A stretch of 64,000 nucleotides of DNA from Tubiluchus corallicola (taxonomy: Eukaryota; Animalia; Priapulida), in contig JAQGDQ010000004.1 in assembly GCA_030141605.1 (NCBI GenBank), positions 806,001 through 870,000 of the forward strand. The letters are read 5' to 3'. Position 1 is the first letter of the stretch; each line of letters begins with the position of its first letter. Both the position numbers and the translations under genes were made by a program. Below are positions 42,001 to 56,400 of this stretch, in pieces. A model generated the notes under the pieces. It did not search any database and was not told the origin of the DNA. It saw nothing but the letters and a program-made list of their open reading frames with translations.

Positions 42001-43502
42001 CAGAGCTAACATCATGACACTGGTTGATCTTTTTTGTCCTGTAGTGCTGCCAGTCTTGTTCTCTTTTTGCTATCTTGTATTGCGCCTACAAATATTATAT
42101 TTTTCAAACGACATTATTTGTCGTTGATGCTTCTTTTTGACGCAAAAGTATTCGTGCTTAAAATTAAAATTCTTTATTAACTATGATAATAACAATATAT
42201 AGACTGTTGGAATAGTTAAGTCACCCACCAACTGTATATAAATTTGGCAAACATTGTATGAACGTTACAAATATTTGTTTACACAGCACATTTTTGAAAA
42301 AAATTAATGCAAATTCTGTGTATCTAAGCGTGCATATTTAAACAAGAATGTTCAAATACAGCAGAGCTACATGATACCGTTCAATATAAAACCCTTCATA
42401 TGTTCTAGAATCCACCTCTTTCATTCATTGCACATAATGGGGATATTGTTTAATTAGAATGTTGTGTTTGCTGAGTAAGTTTGCTCTGTCTTGGGGGAGG
42501 GAGGTCTTTGTTTGCTCATTCCAAATGGCTTCCTAAAACATCGCTTTCGCTTTTCTTTTTCTAAAGGGCTTCCGGAAACACCGTTTCTGCAGTAAGATTA
42601 TATCTGTATCAATTTGCAATTTCTGGCGCTGCTGTGATGCCAATCCTGATTTAATACCATGTTGCTGCTGTGGTTCAAGGCTCAGACTCATCTCTTTTTT
42701 TACTTCTAATTTAAATTTCTAAATTTAAAAAAATTTTCGTCTGAGTAGAATTTTTCCTAATAAGTCATGGGCTTTTTACCATGTTTTTTGCGGTACATAC
42801 CACAAAGTGACAACTTCTTGTTATCTTTAAATTTTTAGAAAAGGCTGTGGACCAATTGGTTTAATTCTTCAGTTGAATGTGCGTATGCAGTGTACAAATT
42901 AATTGCATTTATACCGCTGATCTTTTGACTTTGATACTGGCGTGCTTCAATCCATCTTTTTTTGTTGGCTTATAATAATGTTGGGCAATAGATTTCATGG
43001 GTTCTGGATAGAAAAGGAGACACTGTTGCATTGTATAGCTAATAATCACCAAAAGGTTTCACAGTTGCATTCCTGCATTCTATTTTTCTTCTGTGATTCC
43101 CACTGATGTCAGTATAACATGTGCCGCTTGAACAGGCAAACGTTTATTGCGGAAATTGTCTCCTCCCAACTCACATGTTTCACTGTTGACTTTGCAAATT
43201 TGCTTGAAAACATAAAGAAACTGAGAAGACTTTTGTCTTTTGATAAGGCACTTCAAACGCCAAGGAGATGCGGCTCGTGCATTTAAACGCATCTTTTGTT
43301 TTTACTAAAATACTAAAATAGAATGTTTAATTTAAAATCACAACAGAGCAACCAGTAATCTTAATGGCTTGCAGTAAAGATATTGGAAAACGCATGTTAA
43401 AAACTTGCCAAAGCATGGTGCAGCTGACGGACAATTATTCATCGACGAAATTTTCTTCAAACCTACAGTATCCTACATTTGGCTCGACCCTACAGTAATG
43501 TG

Positions 43503-43581
<79 letters not shown>

Positions 43582-46500
43582 TGTAGATCACGTTATTCTA
43601 ATTTAAAAGATTGCTTGGCCGAATTTTTCAATCCGTAATTGATCGGTCACCTCCCCTCCCCCCCTGTTTTTGACCTTTCTGATGATCGACCCATTCGGCA
43701 TTAATTTCAATTAAAACGACATTTTACCAAAAATGCACAAACAGCTTGAAACAAGTGTAGTGGATTGATCCAGCATTTGCCCCAACAAATGACTTTGCAC
43801 TTTGTGGCAATTACCATGCATTCTAAGTAAAATCCTTTTTAGCAGATTTAGCATCTTTTCAGAGAGTTTTCGAATTTCCGTTGAATGCATGATGATAGAG
43901 GATGATCATATACATGTGCCAAATTTCTTGCTATGAAGCACGCGCAGTTTGTTAAAGAAAACGCTGAACCTCTGTAACAATTCTTAGAATTTTGGATTAA
44001 CACATTTGGCCAGACAGATATCTGGAAAACAAGTAACGCAAAATAAGTCGTTTTTGGTTTGGTGTATACATGAACTCGTCAACTTCAGCTACTGCTACAA
44101 ATGCAGTTTTGCATCAAGGCGGTTCATAAACTTTAGTAAAGCCACCCAACTTGTTGGTTTTTCTCTGTGTAGTTTAGCTTTTATGCAGTACTGTATGACA
44201 GCAGAAAAGCAATAACCACCAATTCCAAGACTACTGATTCCTAGCTAAATAGCGTCCATGGTTGACAGGCATTCTAACATCACTGTCTGCCGCATGTGTT
44301 TACTTATGTTGAAACCAGAGTCTGATGATTCTTATCGATTGGATCACTTTCATTAATGTTTGTCTGTCTACAGCTTGTCCTTAGAATTCCTTTTGGAAAC
44401 TGTTTACTTTGCTGAGCAGATTCCAGGCAACCTGGCATTTGACTCCATGCCTGACTTCCGTGGTTGTCATCTTTAAAACTGCCTAAAAAGTTTGCATGTA
44501 CAGTTTTTGCATTTCAACTTCTAGTAGTTTGGTACAATACATTCCTAATTAAATTTATCTCCTTAAAAACTGTTTAATACTTGATGGAAGCTTGTTTTCA
44601 AAGTTTTGACTAAATGCTACGTCTCAATACCGGCTGAAGAATCTTGAAAAGAATCTCAAATTAGAGGAACCGCGGTAAACTTTTTTCTATATAGTTTTGT
44701 ATCCTCCATAATGACTGATTGAAAAGGTATACTTAATCTAGGTTTCGTTGAGGCGGAACCTAATTAATATGTGGGCAAATGATGACTAGGATAGCATTTC
44801 GCTAGGATGGAAACGACGTAGGCATGCTGTCTCATTTAATGTATGTAATCACACGTGTCAACACGTGAAACCGCCCAGAACTAGTTTTCCTGATGGACGC
44901 CCATCCATTTACTAGCTATACTCGACTTTCCTGAATTTCGGTCGCTAAGCACGACCGAACATTAGAAAACATTTCACTAAAATGGTTCTGCCTGTTTCTT
45001 TTTTCATCATTTTAGTGGAAATTTTTTTTGTGCTACAATTTAAAATTTGCTCGCTCATTACCTTGTTTACGCTGGCATTAACATTCCCCATATTTGCTGT
45101 TGCTACCTTGCAGCCATGATGCAATTTTTAACATTCTCCTGATTCATTCTAAACGGAACAGATCATTTATACCCTTTTAACGGATTTTGTTTCACTGGAA
45201 ATTTGTTCTTCTTGGATTCACAAGCCTGCGTCAGTCAATGAACACGGCATACATGCGTGGTAAATTTGCAAAATTTGGTATTTTCAAATTGAAAAGTCAA
45301 ATCAATCTAAAATGTCTGATTAGGGCCGACTTATTTGTGGAAAATGGTCTTACAAAGAGTTCTGTTGCGATTTAATTGTAGTAACAGAAAGACTTGGGGA
45401 AATGATTCACGTCTAACCAACTAAACGAACTAAACAACCATGCAGAATGTGAAAACCCCTGGTGAAAGACTCGTAAAAAATGTATTTTTTTAACAATATG
45501 CGTCAGAAATTAATTATTGAAATATTCAATTCACTCGCTTCCCTCCTCTCGTGTACGTATCTGTATGATTGCTATTATATGTACGACAGGCATCATCATA
45601 TTTACCAATTCCTACCTCATATCACTGCTTTATTTACTTTAAATTTTTGTCTTTGATTTAACAGTATTCGATCTGTTTAATATATTGTGTATTTATCTAT
45701 TTAGTATTGTATTGTTGCTGTGTGGTTGCAGTTATGGAAGTAAATTCTATTTATCTTGATCTTAAATCCACTAACGGACGTTCTGGATGATTTTGCGTAG
45801 GTGTTCAATCGTTTGTTTGACGAACTGCCGTAATGAGAGTGCCTGTGCAAGAGAACATAAGACATTCATTCTTGCCTCTAAAATCGCGATCTACAAAACT
45901 GCGCGAAGTGTTTTGGCCTTTGGCTTCTCAAGTTTTAGTTTCGTTGAAATTGATAAAACGGTATTTTAGGGACTGCTTAACGCTAGAATGCCGAAGATAC
46001 AGTGTGTGTTAGATTTGCCTACTTTTAGACTTTTACTGTACAACAAAGATATCGTGTCATTCGGACAGGGTTGTTGCTGTTTTATCTTGTCTGAAGTCTT
46101 TCTCACCTTGGATGTTGCGAGTTTAATCATCTTCGATACTGTTGCCAATTTACACCAAAGACTAACTATAATATAATATAATAATAAAATAATATAGTAT
46201 AAGACCACTCGCCTGGCAGGATAACAGCAGGTACCATTTTTAAAGTTTTTTATATCACCCGGCTGTGGTACCGAACTCACGGCGTCCTAGACAAAAACAG
46301 CCGCGTTACCGATTTCACTATACCGCCTTGTTGCATGTGCAAATCTGAGCAAATAAATTGGCACAACAATTTGTCTTTACACGCATCCAACCTTTGGCTC
46401 TTCCAAAATACTTTATTTATCTAACTCAATGTTTCTTCATATATTATCCTTTATATCATTATTTTTTGAGTGTCATCTAGGATGTATAATCTTCTGAGGC

Positions 46501-47408
46501 CTATGCCCTGAGGTAACAGGATACACGATTCTTTTTTAGCTCAGAAACCAATTTGCTCATTAACAATTTTATAGCGGACCATTTTTGCTCTTTTATGCAT
46601 TATTAACGGGTATTGAATCCTGTTATAGCTTCTATAACGCAATATTATTCACCCACCAAATGGCCGCAATTCACTTAGTTACTCATTCATTAAGCTAGTG
46701 CTTTGTGTGCTTTTCCTAATGGTGTAGTAGGTGAGACCTTAGCCATGATCTACTTCATCCACTCATTGTCTTTTTTAGCGTAATAGCATTATCTGCCTTC
46801 TTCACGCAGTTCAGTTCATTCCATTTCATTAATGGTTTTAGTTAGAAAATGGGAATAAGTATATTAAGTATAGCTCAACCATTCGCTTATTAATTTGTAC
46901 AGCAAGGACTAATGTTTCGCGCAGTTTTATTATCCGGTTTATAGAACTGGTACACTTGCGCGCTGGTTGTATAATTTGGAAACAGTTCTGACCATTTCGG
47001 GAAAAAGTAATCAGATTCCGCGTTATAGGTTTTCTATCTTCAGTTACGTGCACGAATTAAAATGGGCCCCAAGATTTGTAGCCTGTGGAATCCCGTTAAT
47101 TCAAAACGATGTGTTAAAACTCGTCACCGCAGTTTAATAAGAGCCACCTATTTGTAGCTTAAACTTGTTTAGCACTGATTACTGTTAATACTGTATATAT
47201 TGCTTGTCCCAGCGAGTAAAATTACTGCCTGTAATTCCAATGTATTGCTGTGATAACGCAGCAAACTGAGCCAAATTAATTATTCTCTGGGCGGGAACTT
47301 GTAGTGGCATTAACTAATCAAGTTATAGACTGCATCAGGATGATTGCACTGCCGCGACAAGTGCCTTGTCGTAGTGCTCCCCCTCTCTCTCTCTCCATCT
47401 CCCTCCGG

Positions 47409-47461
<53 letters not shown>

Positions 47462-50400
47462 CTATCTTAAATTGATTAATTTACCATACATAACTATAAT
47501 TGTTTGACCATTCCGGAAGAAGTGGCGGGTGCTGCTTAAACTTGTTTAGTATTTATTCCTGAATCAGGCGTTCATTAAATTCTGCCGTTTCCAAAACCCG
47601 GCATACAATTAATGGTGTGTAACTTTGGCGAAAGGTCATTTTCGCAATTTTCCTGTGATGTACGGCAGCAGTATTTTTTGTTCTTAATCATTCCTAAATT
47701 TATAGTATGACATTACGCGTTTTCCAACGGCGACATTATGCAATGATGAAATTATCTGTATTGCTGCTGATTTGATGGCACGTCAGCGTACAGGAAAGCG
47801 TGATTGTGCTCATTTAAGTTCATTTTCGTGGACAGCTTTAGACTTAAATAAATGATTCTTTAAGTAAGTTATTACCGAAAGATTTTTTGGGGCTGCTGAT
47901 TCTCGCCGAAGGCGGTGGCATTTTTTAAAAGCAGCCAGTTTTGTTTGAAGATTTCATACGAAAAAACCTAAAATGCTTGCTGCCGCTTTCACCACGATGA
48001 CCCAGACCTGACTGCCTGAGTAGCTAAAAATGGTATTTAGTCGTCTTTATGGTATCAACGTTAGGTATAAAAAATGTCGTTTCTTGGAAATTTAAGTGTC
48101 AAGTATTTCAGTTTGGTGGTTTCTGTTTCGGTTGGAATCAATCAAGGCCCCTTCAAAATATGACTTCTTCCTTAGATTTCTTCCTACGAGATAGTCAAAT
48201 AATTTCCATCGATTAACTTGCTTGAACCCCTGATTTAATAGTAATCACTGAGTACTGTGTGCTAACGAAGCCTCGTAGAATTGTGACGTAACTGTCGATT
48301 TTTCCCCCAGCGAGATGAAATTACTAGCTGTCTGTAAATTAACTTAATTAACTTGGAGTCAAGGCTGTGTACATAGTACATGGATGTTAGACATGTTTGG
48401 CATTGAGTACGAAGACTCGTTTTGCTGTTTTATCTTGTCTTGCCTTTTTGCCTTATTTATTAAATACAATGTAGATGTAATGAGTAAAAGAAATACAGCC
48501 TTTATTGTGCTGGGAGATGGAGAAAATGACCTACAAATTAGCATTTTGTCATCTTTTCTCTAACTACCTTGAGTGGTCAAAATATGAGTAAAATCGGGAT
48601 GTGGAACTTCACTATAGTGCTAGAGAAACATTTGCAAAGAAACTAGTATACTTTTTACCCCAAAGACGGCATTAATTAGTAATCGTTCGTTGGTAAATGC
48701 CCTACTGTTGCGTACTACCACTTTTGACATTTAAATTTGGTAGCAACATTTTTTTAGCAAAGCTTTAACCAATGGTATATTGTTTGTCTAGTTCTATTTT
48801 TGTTGAATGGGAACAATCACTCCAACTTGGATGTGTACAACAATCGGTATCAGGCACCGCTAGCCATATTAGTTTTTGTTAGGGTTTCATTAAAATGTCA
48901 CTCTTCACAATGTGAATTAATCTGATTTTGTATTTATAGCAGCCGCAAGTCACCAAAGACATTTGCTTTTGATCATTGCTTCTGGTCCATAGATGCCAAT
49001 GATTCGGCGAAATTTTCGGGTGAATATTATAAACAAATATTTTCTGTTTTTTTACATTACTTACATCGCTAAATTTTGCAAGATTTAGTTCACTGTCTGC
49101 TGCGACTGATATTTAAGGATTGACGGCATACATTGCATTTTAAGTTAAGGTCGTGTAGAAAGTTAATTCGCTACTAAATTGAAGATTTCTCAGATTTCTG
49201 TTGTACGTTCATTGAGCTCTTTCGAATTAAAAACCTTCTTTGATAGTGTTCCTGCATAATGTGTGGATTTCCGCTGCAGAAAATTCAACGAGGAAAACAC
49301 AACTTGCATAATATGCAGCTATGTTATCATGAAGGTACAAGCATTCTATTTTTTGTTTAGCTTAGAATTAAACTTAGAATGTCTTGGTTGGCTACAACTG
49401 ACATTGTTTATTTTTCATAGGACAAGAGGACGTGTTTGAAAAGTTAGGCCAAGATGTCTTGGAAAATGCTCTGGAAGGTTACAATGCATGTATATTCGCT
49501 TATGGACAAACAGGTAAACAATTAAAGTAGTAGAGCTCTAACATCACCAATTCTTATACTTTTCTTCCAAATAATAAGAGATTATTAATCTTTCTTTAGA
49601 ATTTAGAATTTATTTATTTCACTTAGCAAACAATACAAACAAACAGTAGACATTTAACAAAACACAAACAAACAACAATACAAATTTTCAAATTAAATTG
49701 ATGATTTAATTAATAAACCAGCAAGTTTGTCCTATTCTAAGCACAAAATTTGGTCTCGAAAGTCAAAACTCACTAAGGCGTTTTAAACGTTTTTCAAGTA
49801 TGTCTTGGCGAAAATTGAAACAGCAATGCAAAAAAGTTTAAATTCTGCTAAAATGCTAAAATCAATCCTTGTAGAGGACTGTTTATATAATTTTATTATA
49901 ACACAACACGTGATAAATGAGCCTACAACCTTGTGGAATAATTGTAGAGCTGCTGTTTTTGTAGAAACCAGTTAAGGAAAATGTAGTGCACAGGGACATT
50001 AGAAAAACCTTTTTAATCATGATGATGGCTTTAGCAGGTGCTTGCCTATCTCGCTTTGTCTAAAGATATTTCATCCTTTAAGACTTTTACTGTAAAACAG
50101 CTTGGGTGAATGGGAAATAACTACTTTGTTGGAGATGGACAGAATGATTAATGGCCGTAGGAAGATTGAAAGGAGAACAAAGAAGTGTTTAATAATGTGA
50201 CGGGAGGGGGACTTGTAATCAAACTGTTGTTCATCACATAGCAGATAAAAAATCCTAAACTTTTAATCAGGAAAGCTGGTGGTACAAGTCAGTGGGTGCC
50301 ACATGGTTTATTAATCATACGATTGGATATTTTTAGTCAGCCACTTGTTATTGCAAATATTATTTTTATACACAAACCTGTTTCTTTGGGCAGAAGATAT

Positions 50401-53400
50401 ATGCATACTCTATTCCTACAAGAAAGCTTTCTTTTTGCACACTCACATGCTCTCAGTGCTTGATTATCTTTAACAATGTTTCATTCGCTAATATTCTGGT
50501 AGGTTGGTTAGTGTTTAGAGCTAGAAATTTCAGACTTAGTAAATTATTGGATTTGGATTATTTACCCTATTGACAGGCTTCACTTTGAAGTTTATCATTA
50601 CTGTGTGTTTTCTATTTGCTTTGCTTCTGGTTTGCTATCTTTGTCAGAACACATGCTTCATTTTAGTCCGTCACACCATATTAACTTTCGAGCGGACTGA
50701 TTCAACTCTGCATGACTAGAATACCTGATGGGCTTAGTCTTATTCTTAAGGAATGTGTTCTGTTGTCATACTATTTTTCATCGCTCCCTGATATGTTACT
50801 GGCTGATTTTGTCACTGATTAATCTCACCAGTCACAGTTAATCCATTGCGGTGAGATTTATTAGTGTAAATTAGAAATGTTTATGAAATATTGCAAATAT
50901 GTTTGTTCTGAGCTCACCTTGGCTAATGTAAAAATGGCATTAGAATATCTACAATGTCCATGTTTATGTAAATTATGTGCATAATTTCCTCTTTGAAGGT
51001 TAAAAGGTCTTCTCTGTGTGTTTTAGACTTAAAAACTGTAGAAGCCACGCTTCCATCACACTGATAAATCTGAGGCTGTTTTCATGCTTTTCTCGATTCT
51101 GTGAAAAAACTTCTCTCTCAACTCCTGACACACGTTTTACATACGTTTGCCATCTTAAAAGGTGTCGCTAGTTTTTTCCTTGATTTAACATATTATTTGT
51201 TTTTTCTTCTTGCTTTTACAACAAACATCTGGTAATGTTGCTACTCGTTACAGGCCTATAAGACAGTCACCAGTTAACTAAACTTTTCAAATTTTCAAGA
51301 GTTTTTCATGGTATGTAAGATAAATTTTAGATGATAATAATTTCCATTTACTAACTGGCAATAAGTGATGACAGTAATCTATCCAAAACTTGAACGTACT
51401 TACTCACTGACTAAAATGACATTTGAAAATAATTTGTCCCTAGCACAGGTCACCCTCTTACTATTAAAATGAGCTTACAGCTGTTTAAATTACATTGAAT
51501 CATTCTGCAAAACATCATGTTTCATCCAGTGTGAGCTTGTAATCGATTGATTTCATGCCTACTTTTCAGCTTTATAAAATGGCTGCCTTTTTTTGCCTTA
51601 ACCACTTTCGGGCAATTTAGGAAATACCCGTAATTTTGGAAATTATGCTTAATGGATGTCAAAACATTGGCGGTGAAACCTTTCTGCTACTGTACAATGC
51701 AAGTTGGCGACTGTCAGAAGCCTTGTTGTATAAACGATAGGAGGTCAGGTTTTTGAAGGAATCCGATGAATTCATTAAACATTAAAGCTTTTCATGTTCA
51801 GGAAATAGGTAGGTTTCCACCAGGAATTAAATTAGGGCTCGAGTAGTTAATTTACAACCAAAAGGTTTCTTTCTAACTTCATTGTCTTGGGAGTTATTAC
51901 AAATGAACAAAGAATTTTTAAAGTTGCTCACGTAATTTAATACAGCTAAATTTACATCTGTTTTGCATACATCATATTCAGTCTCAATTCAAGATCAAGG
52001 AGAGGTAAGAATAAAACCATGCAATGTAGGCAACATTGCAACTAAGTCTTTTTTTATGAATACAGTCGTGTAGTCTCATATGGGGTTTCACTGATATCAT
52101 TGGTTCGCCAATAAGTCTGCCACTTCACTAGGAGGGTTATGCTATAAACATCATTAGTCCTTTCACAGTACAAGTATTGCTGGTGCCGAAAGGCCCCCAC
52201 TAGGCCACCAATGAATGTTATGTTACATGTGCATATTAAGCTCTGAAGACATTTAGAATTATTCAAAGTGGCTAAACAAAAAGACATCAATGAATGGGCT
52301 GGCAATGAAATTGTAGAATTATACCTATATGAAGTTTAAATTGTTAAAGATTTTCAAAATATAACTGGTTATAATAACTATGCTGTTGTGGTTAAACGAT
52401 CCAATTAGCAAAACATGCTCAAATTCCTGAAAGAAACAAAAATGTATATTAAAAACATTTCATGTACAATTTCTGAAAGTGCAAGACTCCACCAAATAAT
52501 ACTACAAACAAACATCAAAACATCTGTTTTTTGCAGTATAATTTTTTGTACACACACCTTATCACAGATCACTCAAAAATTGCCAGTGATTAGTCAAACT
52601 ACTAAGTGGCTATAGTTGCAAAGTAAAAATACAAAAATACAATCCAGAAAAATAGATTTTCTAATTAATTTGCTAGTGATAGGAGGTTGAGGTTTCTTCC
52701 TGAGGTTGTAGTTTACAAGGAAACAATTTTCTGGTAATGAACACCACCACACATGAGACCCAAGGAACCTAGGTTTATGAACAGTATCCTGTGTCTAAGA
52801 ATGTTTAGAGTAAAATTACGAGAGGCAGCAGCAGCAGATTTTAGATGAACAAAAAATTGCATGGCTAATACCATTTCAGACCCAGCTGTGTATTCGTAGT
52901 ACAATTCTGCAATACATAACTAATAAACATAATCGTCTAAAATAATTAATGCACTACACTATGAGGATCATTGCAAATATGTAAATATACTGAGCAGAGC
53001 TTTTGGGATCTGACACTGCTTGAAACTTTCTGCAAGTTAATGTAATTCATATATTTTTTGAGCAGGCAGGGTACTGATGTTTCTGGCAACATCAGCAGTA
53101 AGCGTAAGCCCTCTAATTGAACCACTCTGTTGTTCACTCTGCCTCATCGACAAAGAAATACAGCATGATTCAAAGCTGATGCATAATTGATCCAAGTTGT
53201 TTCTTCATTAGGAAAATGTGTGTCATCTTTCACATTCTATTAAGAAATTTGAATCAGTTTTGTATTTTCATTAGAAACGTTACGTATTTCAGGCTCGGGT
53301 AAATCATACACAATGATGGGTGCCGAAGAAAACAAAGGAATCATTCCACGGCTCTGTGATGTCCTTTTTGACAGGATCGCCTTCTGTACAGATGAGAACC

Positions 53401-56400
53401 TCTGTTATAAAGTTGAGGTTTCATATTTAGAGATATATAACGAAAAGGTTCGGGATCTTCTAGACCCAAAAGGGTAAGGAAGTCTGTAAACAGGATATCT
53501 GTTTACTTATGCATAACTGATATTCTTTTGTACTTTTTGGATGATTATTTTTGTTTTTTCTAATTTAAACAAACTCCCTGTTGGCATTGCGAAACTTTTT
53601 TGTCGTTATATAAGGTTCTTTAAAATGCAAAGTAGACTTCTTGAAAATTTTATTAAATGTATAATTATTGTATTTATTCTTGTTAAAGCTTACAGGTATT
53701 TTTTGGAAAAATGAAACTTGTTTTGTTGTTTTCTGTGATTAGTAACTGCGACAACTTCCATGTACATAATTATGGTTTTTACACCAGAGCAAATGATCTG
53801 ATTGCAAATTCAAAGTTTTTCCATTGTGATTAACCAGTCAATTTAAGGCCATATACGTAACTTGGCTTTTAATTAAAGCTCTTTCGTGCAGTGCATTTTT
53901 GAATTTTTGCCAGTCTGATTATTTAGAATGTAAAATAAAATAAATAGAATGTAAAGTAATGCTCTAATTAAATTAGTCTTACTATAAGTAAACTAATTAA
54001 TTAGTCTAATTAAACTTACTATAGCGTTTCTTTAGATTTTGTCGGCCAGATCCTATTATCGATTCTTGAATCATTTCTGCTAGTATTGCTTTTCTTATCA
54101 GTTGCACCGACTACTCAGCTCTCGTGCTCGCAAAGATCCAATTATTTTTAATCATTGGCTTTCATTTGTCCTGATGTTGACAATCTTAGCATTTTACGCC
54201 TGGACAGGGATGAGCAAAAGAGTTAACTTGTCGCAGGTGCTCCAAGTGATCGTTAATGAAATTTCCCATTGATTTAACTTTGGGCCTAATGATTGAGTGC
54301 CGCATTAAAACTACTAATGGCTGTGACTTAATGAAATTACAGACAAGCGTCTGAGTCATAAACAATCCTGACTTGGGAACAGTGGTTAGCGTTTCTTAAA
54401 GATTTATGCCCGTTTTTATTCAGCACTTCTAATCAATGAATAATTAATTAAAGTAATCAGTATATCTTAATGACTACGTCGTATGCTTGAGGTAATTAGA
54501 CCTGTGGTAGTTAGCAGTACTTGACACTTATAATATTTTACTGAAAAGTAAACTGGGGCAGATTTATTAGTTTCTGTCTAATGCATAGTTTTCTTTTAAT
54601 AGTTTAGGAAGATTTATTATTATTATTATTATTATTATTACCGAATTATTATTTATTAGATACTCAAAGTACAATATATGCTTAAAATCCATTTATTGTA
54701 CCACTGAAGATCTAGCTTTTGAGAGTGCATCAATGGTGTATAGGTTTCAATTTCAACAGTTTCATGTTGAATGCAATTATATGTAATGTAATGTAATTGG
54801 GTCATTAGAAAAATGCAAATGTACTTGCACATCTATAAGTTAGTAAAACAGCTAAAAGTAATTAGCTAATGTTCCAGAAAGGCAAACTGCCACCAGGCAC
54901 GAATGCACTTTCAGTTTTCCACATTAATCAGTCATTTCTTTTAAAAAGCATTAAAATCAAAATTGGGTAATTTAAAAGAAATACAGTCTAAGTTGTTAGT
55001 ATAATGGCAAACTCTTCCACGTGTATATTTGAAAACATCAATACGACAATAGTTCTTACCCAATTTGGAAGGATGGCCTCTTAAACCCTGACTAGGCACC
55101 TATTATGTGAAAAAAAAACAATAAAATTTTAATCAGTAAGTCTTGAAAATAATTTTCATGTCAAAAATGAAACGCCTGGTTATAGAGACTGTAGTTTCAA
55201 GCAATCAAGTCTTCTGGTGTAATTACCATATGGTAACTTATGTTTTGAATATAACATAGTGTAGTGTATTTAGACTATTTACATGCATTTTTCAAGACCT
55301 GTTTGCATGACTGTCCAATAGGTTTTGGTTCTTCACCCTGTTATAGACAGCCTGTTTAAAAAATTGTAAATCGTTCTTTTTTATGTAGGTATTCTATGTA
55401 AGAAAAAATATATTTGTGAGATATTGTAGCATTGAGGTTCATAAGAAATAAACTGTTTTTATTCATAAAAATCGCATTTACGCTCATGCTATGCTAGTAT
55501 TTTATTTAATCATTACCCTTTTGTTCCTTTTTGCAGTACAAAGCAGAACTTGCGTGTACGAGAACACAACATATTAGGACCTTATGTGGATGGGCTTTCA
55601 ACTTTAGCTGTATCTAGTTTTCAGGTAAGTATGATCAATCTTCTAAGCAAATGCACCATAAATCACGGTTGAGCTTATTGCTATTTATTTTTGTGTTGCA
55701 AAATATTTCTGAGCAATTGTCAATGTGATTGAGTTTTGGATAAGGATGTAACTAGCCACAGTTGCTCATTCAACTGCTATGTGCATTGTGCTTGTGCCGT
55801 TTGGGAGTGAATAAACTGGAAGGGCACCAGTCAAAGTTCTGTATTTGATGTATTATCTACGACCAATCACTTTCAACCAGGACTAGAAGAACCTAAAGAC
55901 CTAAATGTCTGACAGGCAGATGTTTTGCTATAACTTTTTAATTCACTAACTTGCTTGAAAGAATAGGTAAATTGTCAAGAAATCTTGTTAGATAATCTTG
56001 TGAAGTCTCATTTTGTTAGAGTTGATGTGGGTATTCCTGGGAGAATAAATGTTTCCTCTACTGTTGCTGCTGCCTTTATCACAGCAAAAACTGAAGTTAC
56101 TTACCAGTTAAAATTATCTCACAAGATTACACATTTCGCACTAAGCGATAAACTTGAACAAAAACAGTTTCCATATTTGAAAAAAAATTAAAAAACGATG
56201 ACATACGAGCGCACTAACGAAAATTGGTGATGATGAATTATTTTTATGGATTCACAAGGCAATTTGTTCACTGTGAAAATTGTTTCTGGGCAGATTTCCT
56301 AAGAATACTGCTGCTGAAAATGTTAGTCATAATAGCCATTTTCTTTGCATTTTTTAATGTTTTAGTGTTAACAACTTAACTTGTATAATTTATTCTAAAC

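Noticed and set aside
52054-53137. Cluster of minus-strand ORFs as a nested gene in KIF13 intron 4
   Set aside because: No recognisable motif, frequent stops, no consistent exon chain.
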